Below are positions 1 to 12,169 of a stretch of DNA of 64,000 bases, piece by piece. Source of the DNA: Neocallimastix sp. 'constans' (taxonomy: Eukaryota); assembly GCA_050613775.1 (NCBI GenBank), contig JBODTK010000113.1, positions 186,001 to 250,000 on the forward strand, written 5' to 3'. A program made the translations under genes and the position numbers. Position 1 is the first letter of the stretch. Each line of letters starts with the position of its first letter. A model generated the notes under the pieces. It was given only the letters and a program-made list of their open reading frames with translations, searched no databases and was not told the DNA's origin.

Positions 1-789
1 TCAAAATGAAAGAAAAAGAAAAATAAGTTTTAATTTTAATTCTATTTATATAAAATAAAATAAAATTAAAAAAATTTATTTATATTTAATAATATAAATA
101 TAAATTTTAATAAAAAATAATAATAAAATTATTATTTTAATAAGAAATAAATTAAAAAAAAACAAGTTAATTAAATCAATAAATTAGCATTCGTCTAGTA
201 TTCAAAAAACCAAAAAAAAAATAAGTTTTTTTATTTAATTCAATTTTATAAATTAAAACTTGAATTAAAAGAATTTATTTCTAAAGCGTATAAAATAAAA
301 TATATTTGAATTAGGAATAATAGAAATTATAATATATTAAGAAATATATGTAAAATAATATTTCTTTTTATATATTATTTTTAATATTTTTATTTTAAAT
401 ATAATATTATAACTAATTAAAATATTAAAATAAATAAAAAAATAAAAAAAATTTTTAAATAAAATAAAATAATGATTAATTAATAATACAATAATAAAAA
501 AAATGTAAAACAAGAATTTTTTAAAATATAAAAAAAATTTAAATTTAATAAAGCTCAAATAATATAATCAAATTTAAAAATAAGTGTGTTTATTTTTGTT
601 ATCTATTTTTTGTTTTGTTTTTGTATAATAATAAATAAAAATAGCAATTATTTCGAAGTTTATATATATATATATTATTTAAAAAATAATATTATAATTT
701 TAAAAAAGAAAAAAAATAAAATTTTAAATAAATGAATAAATGAATAAAATATAAAATAAATATTTTTAAGTAAAATTTTTATTAATCAT

Positions 790-828
<39 letters not shown>

Positions 829-3800
829 AAAAGAAAAATTAAAAATTAATAAAATATTATTTTTTTATTATTATTAAATATTTTATGAAAAAAGAAAAAA
901 AAAAAAAAAAAAAAGAAATACACAAATAAAAACAAGTAAAAATGAAACTAATAATTTATTAAATATTTTATATAATTTCTTTCAGATAGACAATTCAAAC
1001 CCTAATCCATAAGGAGGTGAGGCTCGTTTTATATGAACTTTTTTCTAAATTTATTTATACACTTATTTTTGATTATTGCATTTTATTTCACGTTACTATT
1101 TCAATTATTATTATGTTCAAATTGGATAAATAATATTTATTTATTTTATTATTTTTTTTATTTTTTTTTTATTTTTTATTAAAATTTAAAGTATTCATTT
1201 TACATATAAAAGAATAAATAAATAAAGATTAAAGTTCACAATAATTACGGCTATAAAAAAAAAAAAATAAAATAAAACGAGATTAATTTACAAATAATAA
1301 AAATAATATAATTTATATAATTTTAAACATATTTAATTAACTTCATATTCTAACAGTAATTAAGTAAAATTTTTCTTAATAACGGTTTTGCATTTATTAT
1401 AGATTTTTTTATTAAAAAAAGTAAAAAAAAAATTGCCTTTATAAAAAAATACAGAAATGAAATTAAAATATATTAAATATTTAATATAATTTTTATTGGT
1501 AAATATTTTTTTTTTAAAAAAAAAAAGAATTATTATTTACTTAAACAAAGATATTACTAAACTTTACCATTAATTATTTTAATTAATATTATTTTTAAAT
1601 AAATATTAATTATTTGAAAAAATTTACTCTACCACTAATAATAATATTCTTATTTAATATTTATATTTATAATTAATAGATATATACATTTTGTTTATAC
1701 AATATATATTTTATTTTATTTTTTATTATTTTAGTGATTATTAGAATAAAAAAAAAGGTATAAAAGAAAGAAAAATTTTCATTTTTTTTGAACTTCAGAC
1801 TTTTAAAAAAATTAGAAAAGTTATTTAATTTATAAGAAAATTAAATATCTTTGATAATTCATATTAAAAAGAAATTGAAAAAGAAAAAAAGCCATTCAGG
1901 TAAAGAAGAAAGGAAAAAAAATCTTTATTAAGGAAATTTTATTTTAATTAAAAGTCTCATCTCTGGAATCTTTGAAAACCATTGGAAATGAATTAAAAGA
2001 AGAAGAAGAAGAAAAGAAGAAATAATTACTACCATGGAATTAGATTCTATTCTACTTTATTATTATTTGAATTTTGTTTTAAGAATAAATCAGGTATTTA
2101 TTTTTTATGGTCAAAATTTAAATAAAAATGAAATTTTAATGAAAGCAAAACCCCTGTCTTGTGTTAGACAGTTACTGCAATCTTTTTCTGCTAATATCTT
2201 AAAGAATTTGGATTTGAAAGCCATGACTTAATTTAGACAGTTTTCAGCAATTAAAAAGTCGTAAATTTTAAAGTGCTGTCTAGTGTCAAATCAACAAATA
2301 TCCATTGATGAGCCTAATGTAATTCGAATATTCTAAATTAAAAAGAAAAAGAAAACAAACCAAAAATTATCTTTGAAATTTAGATGAATTCAGCAATCGT
2401 TTCTTTTTTTAAAAAAATATTTTTACTATTTTTTTGTATTAAAGTTTTGAATTCTTTTCAAAATGAAAGAAAAAGAAAAATAAGTTTTAATTTTAATTCT
2501 ATTTATATAAAATAAAATAAGAATTAAAAAAAATTATTTATATTTAATAATATAAATATAAATTTTAATAAAAAATAATAATAAAATTATTATTTTAAAT
2601 AGAGATAAAATATACAAAACAAGTTAATTTAATAAAAGAATTAGCATTCGTCTAGTATTCAAAAAACCAAAGAAAATAAGTTTTTTTTTATTTAATTCAA
2701 TTTTATAAATTAAAATTTGAATTAAAAGAATTTATTTCTTAAATGGATAAAATAAAATATATTTGAATTAGGAATAATAGAAATTATAATATATTAAGAA
2801 ATATATGTAAAACAATATTTCTTTTTATATATTATTTTTATTAGTCTAATTTTAAATATAATATTATAACTAATTAAAATATTAAAATAAATAAAAAAAT
2901 AAAAGAAATTTTTAAGTCAAATAATAATTAATTAATAATAAAATATAAATAAAAAAAAATATAAAAAAAAATAAAGAATATTAAAAAATATAATTAAATT
3001 TAAAAATAAGTGTGTTTATTTTTGATATCTATTTTTTGTTTTGTTTTTGTGTAATAATAAGTAAAAGTAGCAATTCTTTTGAAGTTTATATATATATATA
3101 TATATATATATTTTATTTAAAAATAATAATATAATTTTAAAAATGAAAAAAAAGTAAAAGTTTATAGCAAATAAAATTTATATTTAAATAAATGAATGAA
3201 TGAATAATTTTCTTAATTATAGTAAAAAAAAAAAATGTATATATACAAAAAAAAAAAGAAAAAGAAAAATTAAAAATTAATAAACTATTATTTTTTTATT
3301 ATTATTAAATATTATATATATATAAAAGAAATACACATATAAAAAACAAGTAAAAATGAAATTAATAATTTATTAAATATTTTATATAATTTCTTTCAGA
3401 TAGATAATTCAAACCCTAATCCATAAGGAGGTGAGGTTCTTTGCATATGAACTTTTTTCTGAATTTATTTATACACTTATTTTTGATTATCACTGTTTAT
3501 TTAACGTTACTATTTCATTTATTATTATGTTCAAATTGGACAAATAATATTTATTTATTTTATTAATTCTATTTTTTTTTATTTTTTATTTTTTATTAAA
3601 ATTTAAAGTATTCATGTTTCTTATAAAAGAATAATAAATAAATAAAGATTAAAGTTAGCAATAATAGCGGCTATAAAAAAAAAAAAATTAATATTTAATA
3701 TAATTTTATTATTAAATATTTTAAAAAAAAATAATTAAATTATTACATAAATTAAATAGAGATATTACTAAACTTTACCACTAAATATTTTTTATAATTT

Positions 3801-5270
3801 TTTTTAATAAATATTAACTATTTGAAAAACTTTACTCTACCACTAATAATAAAAACTCTTATTTAATATTTATATTTATAATTAATAGATATATACATTT
3901 TGTTTATACAATATATATTTTATTTTATTATTATAGTGATTATTAGAATAAAAAAAAGTATAAAAGAAAGAAAAATTTTCAATTGTTTTGAACTTCAGAC
4001 TTTTAAAAAAATTAGAAAAGTTATTTAATTTAATTTAAAAAGAATTAAATATCTTTAATAATTAGCAGTGAGAATAAATTGAAAAAAAAAGAAGCCATTA
4101 AGGTGAAGAAGAAAAAAAAAAATTATAAAGGAAATTCTACTTTAAATAAAATAATTGAAAGTCTCATCATTGGAATCTTTAAAAACCATTGGAAATGAAT
4201 TAAAAGAAGAAGAAGAAGAAGAAAAGAAGAAAAGAAGAAATAATAACTACCATGGAATTAGATTCTATTCTATTCTATTTTTATTTGAATTTTGTTTTAA
4301 GAATAAATCAGGTATTTATTTTTTATAAACAAATTTTAAATAAAAATGAAATTTTAATGAAAGCAAAACCCCTGTCTTGTGTTAGGCAGTTCCTGCAATC
4401 TTTTTTAGCTAAGAATTTATTGAATTTGAAAGCCATGACTTTATTTAGGCAGTTTTCAGCAATAAAAATTGTAAAGTTTTAAAATGCTGTCTAGTGTCAA
4501 ATCAACAAATATCCATTGATGAGCCTAATGTAATTCGAATATTCTAAATTAAAAAGAAAACAAACCAAAAATTATCTTTGAAATTTAGACGAATTCAGCA
4601 ATCATTTCTTTTTTTAAAAAAATATTTTTACTATTTTTTTTTATTAAAGTTTTGAATTCTTTTCAAAATGAAAAAAAAAAATAAGTTTTAATTTTTAATT
4701 CTATTTATATAAAATAAAAATAAGAATTAAAAAATTTATTTTTAATTAATAGTATAATATAAATTTTGATAAAAAATAATAATAAAATTATTATTTTAAA
4801 TAGAAATAAATTAAAAAAACAAGTTAATTAAATCAATAAATTAACATTCGTCTAGTATTCAAAAAACCAAAGAAAATAAGTTTTTTATATCCAATTTTAT
4901 AAATTAAAATTTGAATTAAAAGAATTTATTTCTTTAATGGATAAACCAAAATATATTTGAATTAGGAATAATAGAAATTATAATATATTAAGAAATATAT
5001 GTAAAACAATATTTCTTTTTATATATTATTTTTAATATTTTTATTTTAAATATGTTATTATAATTAATTAAATATAATAAAATAAAATAAAATTTTAAAA
5101 TAAAATAAAAATTAAAAATAAAATAATACCTAATTAATAATAGAAAATATACAAAAAAAAAAAAAAAAAAAAAAAGTAAAAAAAAAAATAAAGATTTTCA
5201 TAAAATATAAAAAAGATTAAATTAAATAAAGTTCAAATATTATAAACAAATTCTAAGATAGGTGTATTTA

Positions 5271-5310
<40 letters not shown>

Positions 5311-5619
5311 TTTTTTTCTGGTTTGTGTAATAATAAGTGAAAATAGGAATTCTTTTAAATTTTTCTCTTTAATTTTTTATTTTTATTTAAAGTATAATAT
5401 AGTATAAAATTAAGAAAAAAAAAAAAAAAAAAAAAAACAAATATATATGTATAAGTATATAGATTTTATATTCAAATAAATGAATAAATTAAATATAAAA
5501 TAAATAATTTATTATTTATTGTATTTAATAATTTTTGTTGTAATATTTAAGGTTTATTAATATATAATAATGATTGTTGGCAATTACAAAGATTAAAATA
5601 TTTGATAAAATTTATCTTA

Positions 5620-6220
5620 TTAATATTAAGTTCTGATTCTGATAGTAGTAACGAAGTATATAATATTAATAATATTAATAATAGAAATAATATTGTTAAT
5701 AATAGTAGAAATAGTGATAGTGAAAATATTAATATTTATATTAGTGATAGTGAAAATTATAATGTTGTTACTTCTAATTTAGTGAATAGTTCAATTGGTG
5801 AAAATCGTGATAATTTAAGTAATTTTCTGAATAATGAGAGTGTAAATATATATGTGACATGGTATTGATTATAAAACTTCCTTTTTGGTGGAGGAGATGC
5901 AGACATTATTGATTTAAATTATAAAAAGGAATGGGATATTTTGTTTAAGAATCAAATCATTTCTGGTGATTATTCAAAAACGCCATTCTTGGTGTGATCT
6001 GCGACTCTCTTTATAGAAATTATTCCTCGGGCTAGTACTCGGCAAGGGTTACTATTCCGAAAATATAAGCACAAACTAACCAGGAGCGTCAACGCTGAAA
6101 ATGCAGTAAGACAGGCTAGCAAGGCCAATACCTTTGAAGGAGAAGACCATAATTTCTTTCAGATAGTCAATTCAAACCCTAATCCATAAGGAGGTGAGGC
6201 TCGTTTCGTATGAACTTTTT
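5620..6220 (+). mobile_element. 5'-truncated, degenerate non-LTR retrotransposon (LINE) 3' end inside an array spacer
   Basis: Frameshifted coding remnant (...LFGGGDADIIDLNYKKEWDILFKNQ...; GLLFRKYKHKLTRSVNAENAVRQ). AAACTAACCAGGAGCGTCAA (~6072-6091) matches AAACTTAACCAAGAGCGTCGA on the minus strand of the 52 kb LINE remnant. It ends in a CCATAAGGAGGTGAGGCTCG...TATG stem-loop. The left boundary is approximate. Confidence 0.6.
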
Positions 6221-6949
6221 TCTAAATTTATTTATACACTTATTTTTGATTATTGCATTTTATTTCACGTTACTATTTCAATTATTATTATTCAAATTGG
6301 ATAAATAATATTTATTTATTTTATTATTATTATTTTTTTTTTTTTATTTTTTATTAAAATTTAAAGTATTCAATTTTCTTATAAAAGAATAAATAAATAA
6401 AGATTAAAGTTCGCAATAATTACGGCTATAAAAAAAAAAAAAATAAAATAAAACGAGATTAATTTACAAATAATAAAAAAAATATAATTTATATAATTTT
6501 AAACATATTTAATTAACTTCATATTCTTACAGTAATTAAGTAAAATTTTTCTTAATAACGGTTTTGCATTTATTACATATTTTTTTATTAAAAAAGTAAA
6601 AAAAAAAAATTGCCTATATAAAAAAATACAGAAATGAAATTAAAAATATTAAATATTTAATATAATATTATTAATAAATATTTTTTTTTAAAAAATAAAG
6701 AATTATTATTTACTTAAATCAAATAGAGATATTACTAAACTTTACCACCAAATGTTTTTTTTTTTATATTATTTTTTAATAAATATTAATTATTTGAAAA
6801 AATTTACTTTACCACTAATAATAAAACTTTTATTTAATATTTATATTTATAATTAATAGATATATACATTTTGTTTATGCAATATATATTTTATTTTATT
6901 TTTTATTATTATAGTGATTATTAGAATAAAAAAAAAAAGTATAAAAGAA

Positions 6950-8010
6950 AGAAAAATTTTCATATTTTTTGAACTTCAGACTTTTAAAAAAATTAGAAAA
7001 GTTATTTAATTTATAAAAAAATTAAATATCTTTGATAATTAACAGTGAGAATAAATTGAAAAAAAGAAGCCATTCAGGTGAAGAAGAAGGAAAAAAAATT
7101 ATTAAGGTAATCCTATTATAAATAAAATAATTAAAAGTCTCATCATTGGAATCTTTGAAAACCATTGGAAATGAATTAAAAGAAGAAGAAGAAGAAGAAA
7201 AAAAGAAGAAATAGTTACTACCATGGAATTAGATTCTATTCTACTTTATTTTTATTTGAATTTTGTTTTAAGAATAAATCAGGTATTTATTTTTTATGAA
7301 CAAAATTTAAATAAAAATGAAACTATAGTCAAAGCAAAACCCCTGTCTTGTGTTAGACAGTTCCTGCAATCTTTTTTAGCTAAAGATTTATTGAATTTGA
7401 AAGCCATGACTTTATTTAGACAGTTTTCAGCAATAAAAATTGTAAAGTTTTAAAATGCTGTCTAGTGTCAAATCAACAAATATCCATTGATGAGCCTAAT
7501 GTAATTCGAATATTCTAAATTAAAATGAAAACAAACCAAAAATTATCTTTGAAATTTAGACGAATTCAGCAATCATTTTTTTTTTTAAAAAAATATTTTT
7601 ACTATTTTTTTGTATTAAAGTTTTGAATTCTTTTCAAAATAAAAGAAAAAAAAAATAAGTTTTAATTTTTAATTCTATTTATATAAAATAAAAATAAGAA
7701 TTAAAAAAATTTATTTATAATTAATAGTATAATATAAATTTTAATAAAAAATAATATAAAATTATTATTTTAAATAGAAATAAATAAAAAAAACAAGTTA
7801 ATTAAATAAAAGAATTAGCATTCGTCTAGTATTCAAAAGACCAAAAAAAATAAGTTTTTTTATTCAATTCAATTTTATAAATTAAAATATGAATTGAAAG
7901 AATTTATTTCTCAAATGGATAAAATAAAATATATTTGAATTAGGAATAATAGAAATTATAATATATTAAGAAATATATGTAAAACAATATTTCTTTTTAT
8001 ATATTATTTT
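6950..8010 (+). ncRNA. Candidate structured non-coding RNA core of the repeat unit (representative copy; present in all units, about ATG-270 to ATG+790)
   Basis: Stems in this copy: CTCATCATTGGA 7139-7150 / TCCATTGATGAG 7483-7494; a 24-bp stem 7245-7268 / 7298-7321 with an inner 10-bp stem and a CAGGT loop; CTGTCT 7343-7348 / AGACAG 7355-7360; TAGACAG 7417-7423 / CTGTCTA 7458-7464; TAGACGAAT 7557-7565 / ATTCGTCTA 7820-7828; a hairpin at 7958-8007. Several variants between copies are G-U compatible. I recognise no known RNA family and there is no expression evidence. Confidence 0.45.
7223..7453 (+). CDS. Hypothetical 62-76 aa ORF repeated in every array core (MELDSILLYFYLNFVLRINQ...KPLSCVRQFLQSFLAK...); coding status doubtful
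   Basis: Open in all 14 cores, mostly with an ACCATGG start context. The two length changes inside it are in frame (+6 nt at 2034, -3 nt at 30013). However, most substitutions are non-synonymous, the stop position varies (63 vs 76 aa), and no domain is recognisable. Confidence 0.25.
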   Translation: MELDSILLYFYLNFVLRINQVFIFYEQNLNKNETIVKAKPLSCVRQFLQSFLAKDLLNLKAMTLFRQFSAIKIVKF

Positions 8011-8309
8011 TACTATTCTTGTTTTAAATATAATATTATAAATGATAAAAGTATTAAAATAAATAGAAAAAATAAAAGAAATTTTTAAATAAAATAAAAT
8101 AATGATTAATAATACGATAATAAAAAAAAATGTAAAAGAAGAATTTTTTAAAATATAAAAAAAATTTAAATTAAATAAAGCTAAATAATATAAAAAAATT
8201 AAAAAATAAGTACGTTTATTTTTGTTATTTATTTTTTGTTTTGTTTTTGTGCAATAATAAGTAAAAATAGGAACTCTTTTAACTTTTTTTTTCTGTTTTT
8301 TTTTTTTAT

Positions 8310-8353
<44 letters not shown>

Positions 8354-9549
8354 TCAATTTTTTTATTTAAGAATAATAATGTAAAATTAAAAAATAATAA
8401 AAAGTAAATGATTATAGTATTATTAGTGTATAATTTTTATATGTAAATAAATGAATGAATGAATAAAATATAAAATAAATAATTTTTTATTTATTGTTAT
8501 ATTTAATAATTTTTAATGTATTTAATTAACATTATATTCTAATAGTATATAAGTAAAAATTTTCTAAATTATGGTAAAAAAAAAAAAAAAAAAAAAAAAA
8601 ATAAAATTAATAAAATATTATTTATCATTAAAAGTATTATATATATATATATAAAAGAATTACTGAATATTTTAAATAGAGATATAATTTTACTAGAAAG
8701 ATTAAAAGGTTTGATAAAATTTATCATATTTGTACTATTCGTGGCTTGTTAATAATACAATGAATTTATTTAAAGAATAAAACAATGTATTTCAAATAAA
8801 ACGAGAATAATTTACAAATAATAAAAATAATTAATATAATTTTGAATGTGGTCCATTTCGCCAATTTTTTTTTTTGAAATTTTAATAAGCCATCTATTTA
8901 TTTGTGGCTTTTAAAATTTATATTATTACGCCATAAAATTTAATATAATTTTAAGTAAAAAAGAAATAAATGTATAAATAAATAAGTAAATAAATAAATA
9001 AATAAAAATTAAAAAGGTCAATAAAAAATAAAATATTTTTATATAATTTTTTTTTTTTGACAATCATGTTATAATGAAAATGATGAATAATTATTTTCCT
9101 TATAACCTTATTTTTTATATTTTATTATTAATATTTATATTATATTTTTATATTTTATATTTTATTATTGATATTATATTTTTATATTTTTCTATTAATA
9201 TTATATTTTTATATTTTATTATTAATATCAATATAATATTTTTATATTTTATTATTAAAAAATTTAATTTTATAAATTTATATTTAAATTAATATTATTT
9301 AAAATATTAATTTTTTATATTATAACTAAAACTTTAGTTGTTATTATAACATCTTAATAACAGAATTAAACCTTTTATTTTATATATAATTTATAAATAA
9401 AATATTAAATAATAATAAAAATTACAAAATAATATTTTTATAAGACTTAAATTATAGCTGTAAATTGAAATTTCAAAAATTAAAATTTGTTGTTCACATT
9501 TCAATTACTATTTATATATTACAGCAACCGTTTTGTAGAGATATATAAA

Positions 9550-9787
9550 TAGGTTTTTTACACATATGAATTCACATGTCTATCCCATATTATATATATG
9601 GGCTTGTAAAGAACATATATACTTTGGTATATATATCTTATACTATATCAGTACGACGTCGGCGCTCCAAATTCCTAAGCAGAGGTAGCTCCAGTAGACA
9701 TGTCTTGCCAAATAACATCCGTGTTATCCTATAGAAATTGAACTCGTAACCCTCACAGTATAGGCTATACAACTACACTAGGATGCC
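9550..9787 (-). mobile_element. Degenerate tRNA-derived SINE nested in the MULE
   Basis: Minus-strand head GGCATCCTAGTGTAGTTG...ACTGTGAGGGTTACGAGTTCAATTTCT has A-box-like and B-box-like motifs. The body GAGCGCCGACGTCGTACTGATATAGTAT and tail ATATGGG...CATATGTG resemble the SINE at 28932 and the 52 kb LINE end. Confidence 0.55.
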
Positions 9788-10398
9788 ATGGGTGATCAAA
9801 TATAGAAATTAAATACGTGTCAATCCAATAATGGTAGGAGCGGAATTAATACTTACCTGAAATTGTGCCATTATAACCCCTTTACCCTTTCTCCAAACCC
9901 TATCGGGAAAATCAGATAAAGAATAGATACCAGATGATTATTAAGTCCGCCACATAACAACCAGTAGAAAGCCCAGTTCTACTTTATATGCTAAAAAATG
10001 CTATATATATTTGTTGTTTTAAAAAGACTTAAAAGTTAATAATTTAATTAGATTATAATATAAATAAAATAATTAATTAATTCATAAATTCTTTATTAGT
10101 ATATATTAAAAAAAATAATTAATATTAATTTAGAATAAATAAATAATTAAATTTTTTTTATATACATTAAATAAATAATTTATTTTTAAATAATAAAAAT
10201 TAAAATATTTTCATATATACTTTATGTATCTGTTTTTTTTTAAAAAAATTAAAAGAAAAAGAAATAATAAAATACTTTTTATCTTTTAAAAAAAATTGAA
10301 TATTTAATTGTTCAGAATTAATATTAAAAAATAATATTTAAATAATTAATATAATAATTTAAAAGATATAATTAAAAACTATATATTAAAATTTATAA

Positions 10399-11826
10399 AT
10401 GGAAGAAAACATAACTATTTATATAAGTGAGTCTAATAAAGGAGAAGAACAAATCATTATTAATAAACAATATAAATTTAATTTTTCACATTCAAGGAAA
10501 GATAATTCAAGAGTTTATAAATGTACCGAATATAAAAAAAATAATAAATGTAAATCTTTTATTATTTTAAATAATGAGAAAGAAATCTTAAAATATGAGA
10601 GTTTACATAATCATCCTGGAAACGAATATAGTGTATCCCTATCTGTAATGAAACATAAAATTAAAGATGAAATTGAAATTAACAAACATTCAAATCCTTT
10701 TGATATAAAACGAAAAAGACTATATAATGAAATTTCTAAAGAAATGGGATTTATATATCCGTGTCCAGAATATATTTCAGTTAAAACTCTAATATTAAGA
10801 AGTATTAATAAAAAACTACCATCCAATGTAACAACTTTTAATGAAATTCCTAATGAATCTGAATATTATAAAACTGAACGAAATGAAGATTTTATGATAT
10901 TCAAAAATTCTGATTTAGTAATTTTTCAATCCCCTTTTCAAGCAAAATTATTTAAGAAATATAGTAATGATATATTTGTGGATGGTACTTTTTATATCAC
11001 ACCTAAATTTAGTCAACAAGTGTTTATTACTAGAACTTACGTTAAAGAATTGAATAGTTTTTATACTACTTCTTATGCAATATTAAGAAATAAAAAGCAA
11101 AAAACATATAAAATGTTATTCAATAAATTAAAACAAAATTCTAATAATAATATTATAACTGAACCAAAAAATGTACATTGCGATTTTGAAAAAGGCATAT
11201 CCAAAGCAGTTAAAAAAATATTTCCTAATATAAATATTAAATACTGTATTTGGCATTATAAAAATTTATTAGAAATTAAAAAAAATGAATTGTGCCGTAA
11301 TGAAGTGAACGATGATGAAAAAATATTTAATTATTACAAAGGAATTTCAAACTTACCATTTATCAACCCTGAATACATAATGGATATTTTTTCATTAATT
11401 AAAACTAAATCCATTGAAAAAAATTCTTGTCAATTTTTAAAATTTTTAGAATATTTTTATGAAACATATTTAATTGGTTACGATATGAAAAGTTGGAATT
11501 ATTATAATAATATTGAACATATAACCAATAATGCTTCAGAATCACTCAATAATTCTTTAAATAAACTATTTCCAATGAAACCAAATTTTTATGAATTAAT
11601 AAATAAATTAAAAGAACAGGAACATTTATCATATTATGATTACCAAATGAAAATAAAAGGAATTTGGAGAATGAAAAAAAAAATAAAAACAAAAACTGAT
11701 GAAATTAATATCTTAATTGAAAAATTCAAAAATAAAGAAGCCAAGTTAATTAATATTAAATATGATAGAAGTGATCTTACTAAATTGTGGTTTGAATGTT
11801 TAACTAATTTAAATAATATTTTATAA
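10399..11826 (+). CDS. MULE (Mutator) DDE transposase, 475 aa, uninterrupted ORF
   Basis: N-terminal FLYWCH/WRKY-like zinc finger (YKC...C...HNH). Catalytic motifs IFVDGTF, HCDFEKG, the CxxH signature (YCIWHY) and TNNASESLN. Confidence 0.92.
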   Translation: MEENITIYISESNKGEEQIIINKQYKFNFSHSRKDNSRVYKCTEYKKNNKCKSFIILNNEKEILKYESLHNHPGNEYSVSLSVMKHKIKDEIEINKHSNPFDIKRKRLYNEISKEMGFIYPCPEYISVKTLILRSINKKLPSNVTTFNEIPNESEYYKTERNEDFMIFKNSDLVIFQSPFQAKLFKKYSNDIFVDGTFYITPKFSQQVFITRTYVKELNSFYTTSYAILRNKKQKTYKMLFNKLKQNSNNNIITEPKNVHCDFEKGISKAVKKIFPNINIKYCIWHYKNLLEIKKNELCRNEVNDDEKIFNYYKGISNLPFINPEYIMDIFSLIKTKSIEKNSCQFLKFLEYFYETYLIGYDMKSWNYYNNIEHITNNASESLNNSLNKLFPMKPNFYELINKLKEQEHLSYYDYQMKIKGIWRMKKKIKTKTDEINILIEKFKNKEAKLINIKYDRSDLTKLWFECLTNLNNIL

Positions 11827-12169
11827 ATATTATTTAATAATAAATAATTATGAAATGACAGAGGAATTTCCAAAAGAAAAAATCATTAAAATTCTTTCAT
11901 ACAAAAACTTATAATTAAATTTATTAATTAAAATTTTATAATTATTAAAAAGTTAAAATGTTTATATACTTGATAAAATTTATGTAGTTTAAATAAATAT
12001 TCTATAATTTTATTATTATAATTTATTTTATTAATAATTGTTTAAATATTTTATTAATATTTTTTTTAAAATAAATAATCCTATATTTTTATACTTTATT
12101 ATTAATATCAATAATATATTTTTATATTTTTATATTTTATTATTAATGTTTATAATTAATTTTATTAAT

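Noticed and set aside
997..1006. AAACCCTAA as a telomeric repeat or telomerase template
   Set aside because: A single unit within the LINE-tail module, mutated in the 19 kb copy.
6970..7150. Box C (ATGATGA) and box D (CTGA) on the minus strand of each core, suggesting a C/D snoRNA
   Set aside because: There is no terminal stem, the intervening sequence is variable, the C box is mutated in several copies, and the motif is explained as a helix strand.
7483..7510. TTGATGAG...CGAA as a hammerhead ribozyme core
   Set aside because: It lacks the CTGANGA and GAAA consensus and a stem II.
7458..7830. GTCTAGT twice per unit as Helitron 3' CTAG termini
   Set aside because: No short GC-rich hairpin lies ~10-15 nt upstream, no defined 5' TC end is visible and there is no Rep/helicase remnant. 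A rolling-circle origin of the array is not fully excluded.
9849..9859. ATACTTACCTG, identical to the U1 snRNA 5' end
   Set aside because: No U1-70K loop (GATCACGAAG-like), no U1A loop (ATTGCAC) and no Sm site follow it.
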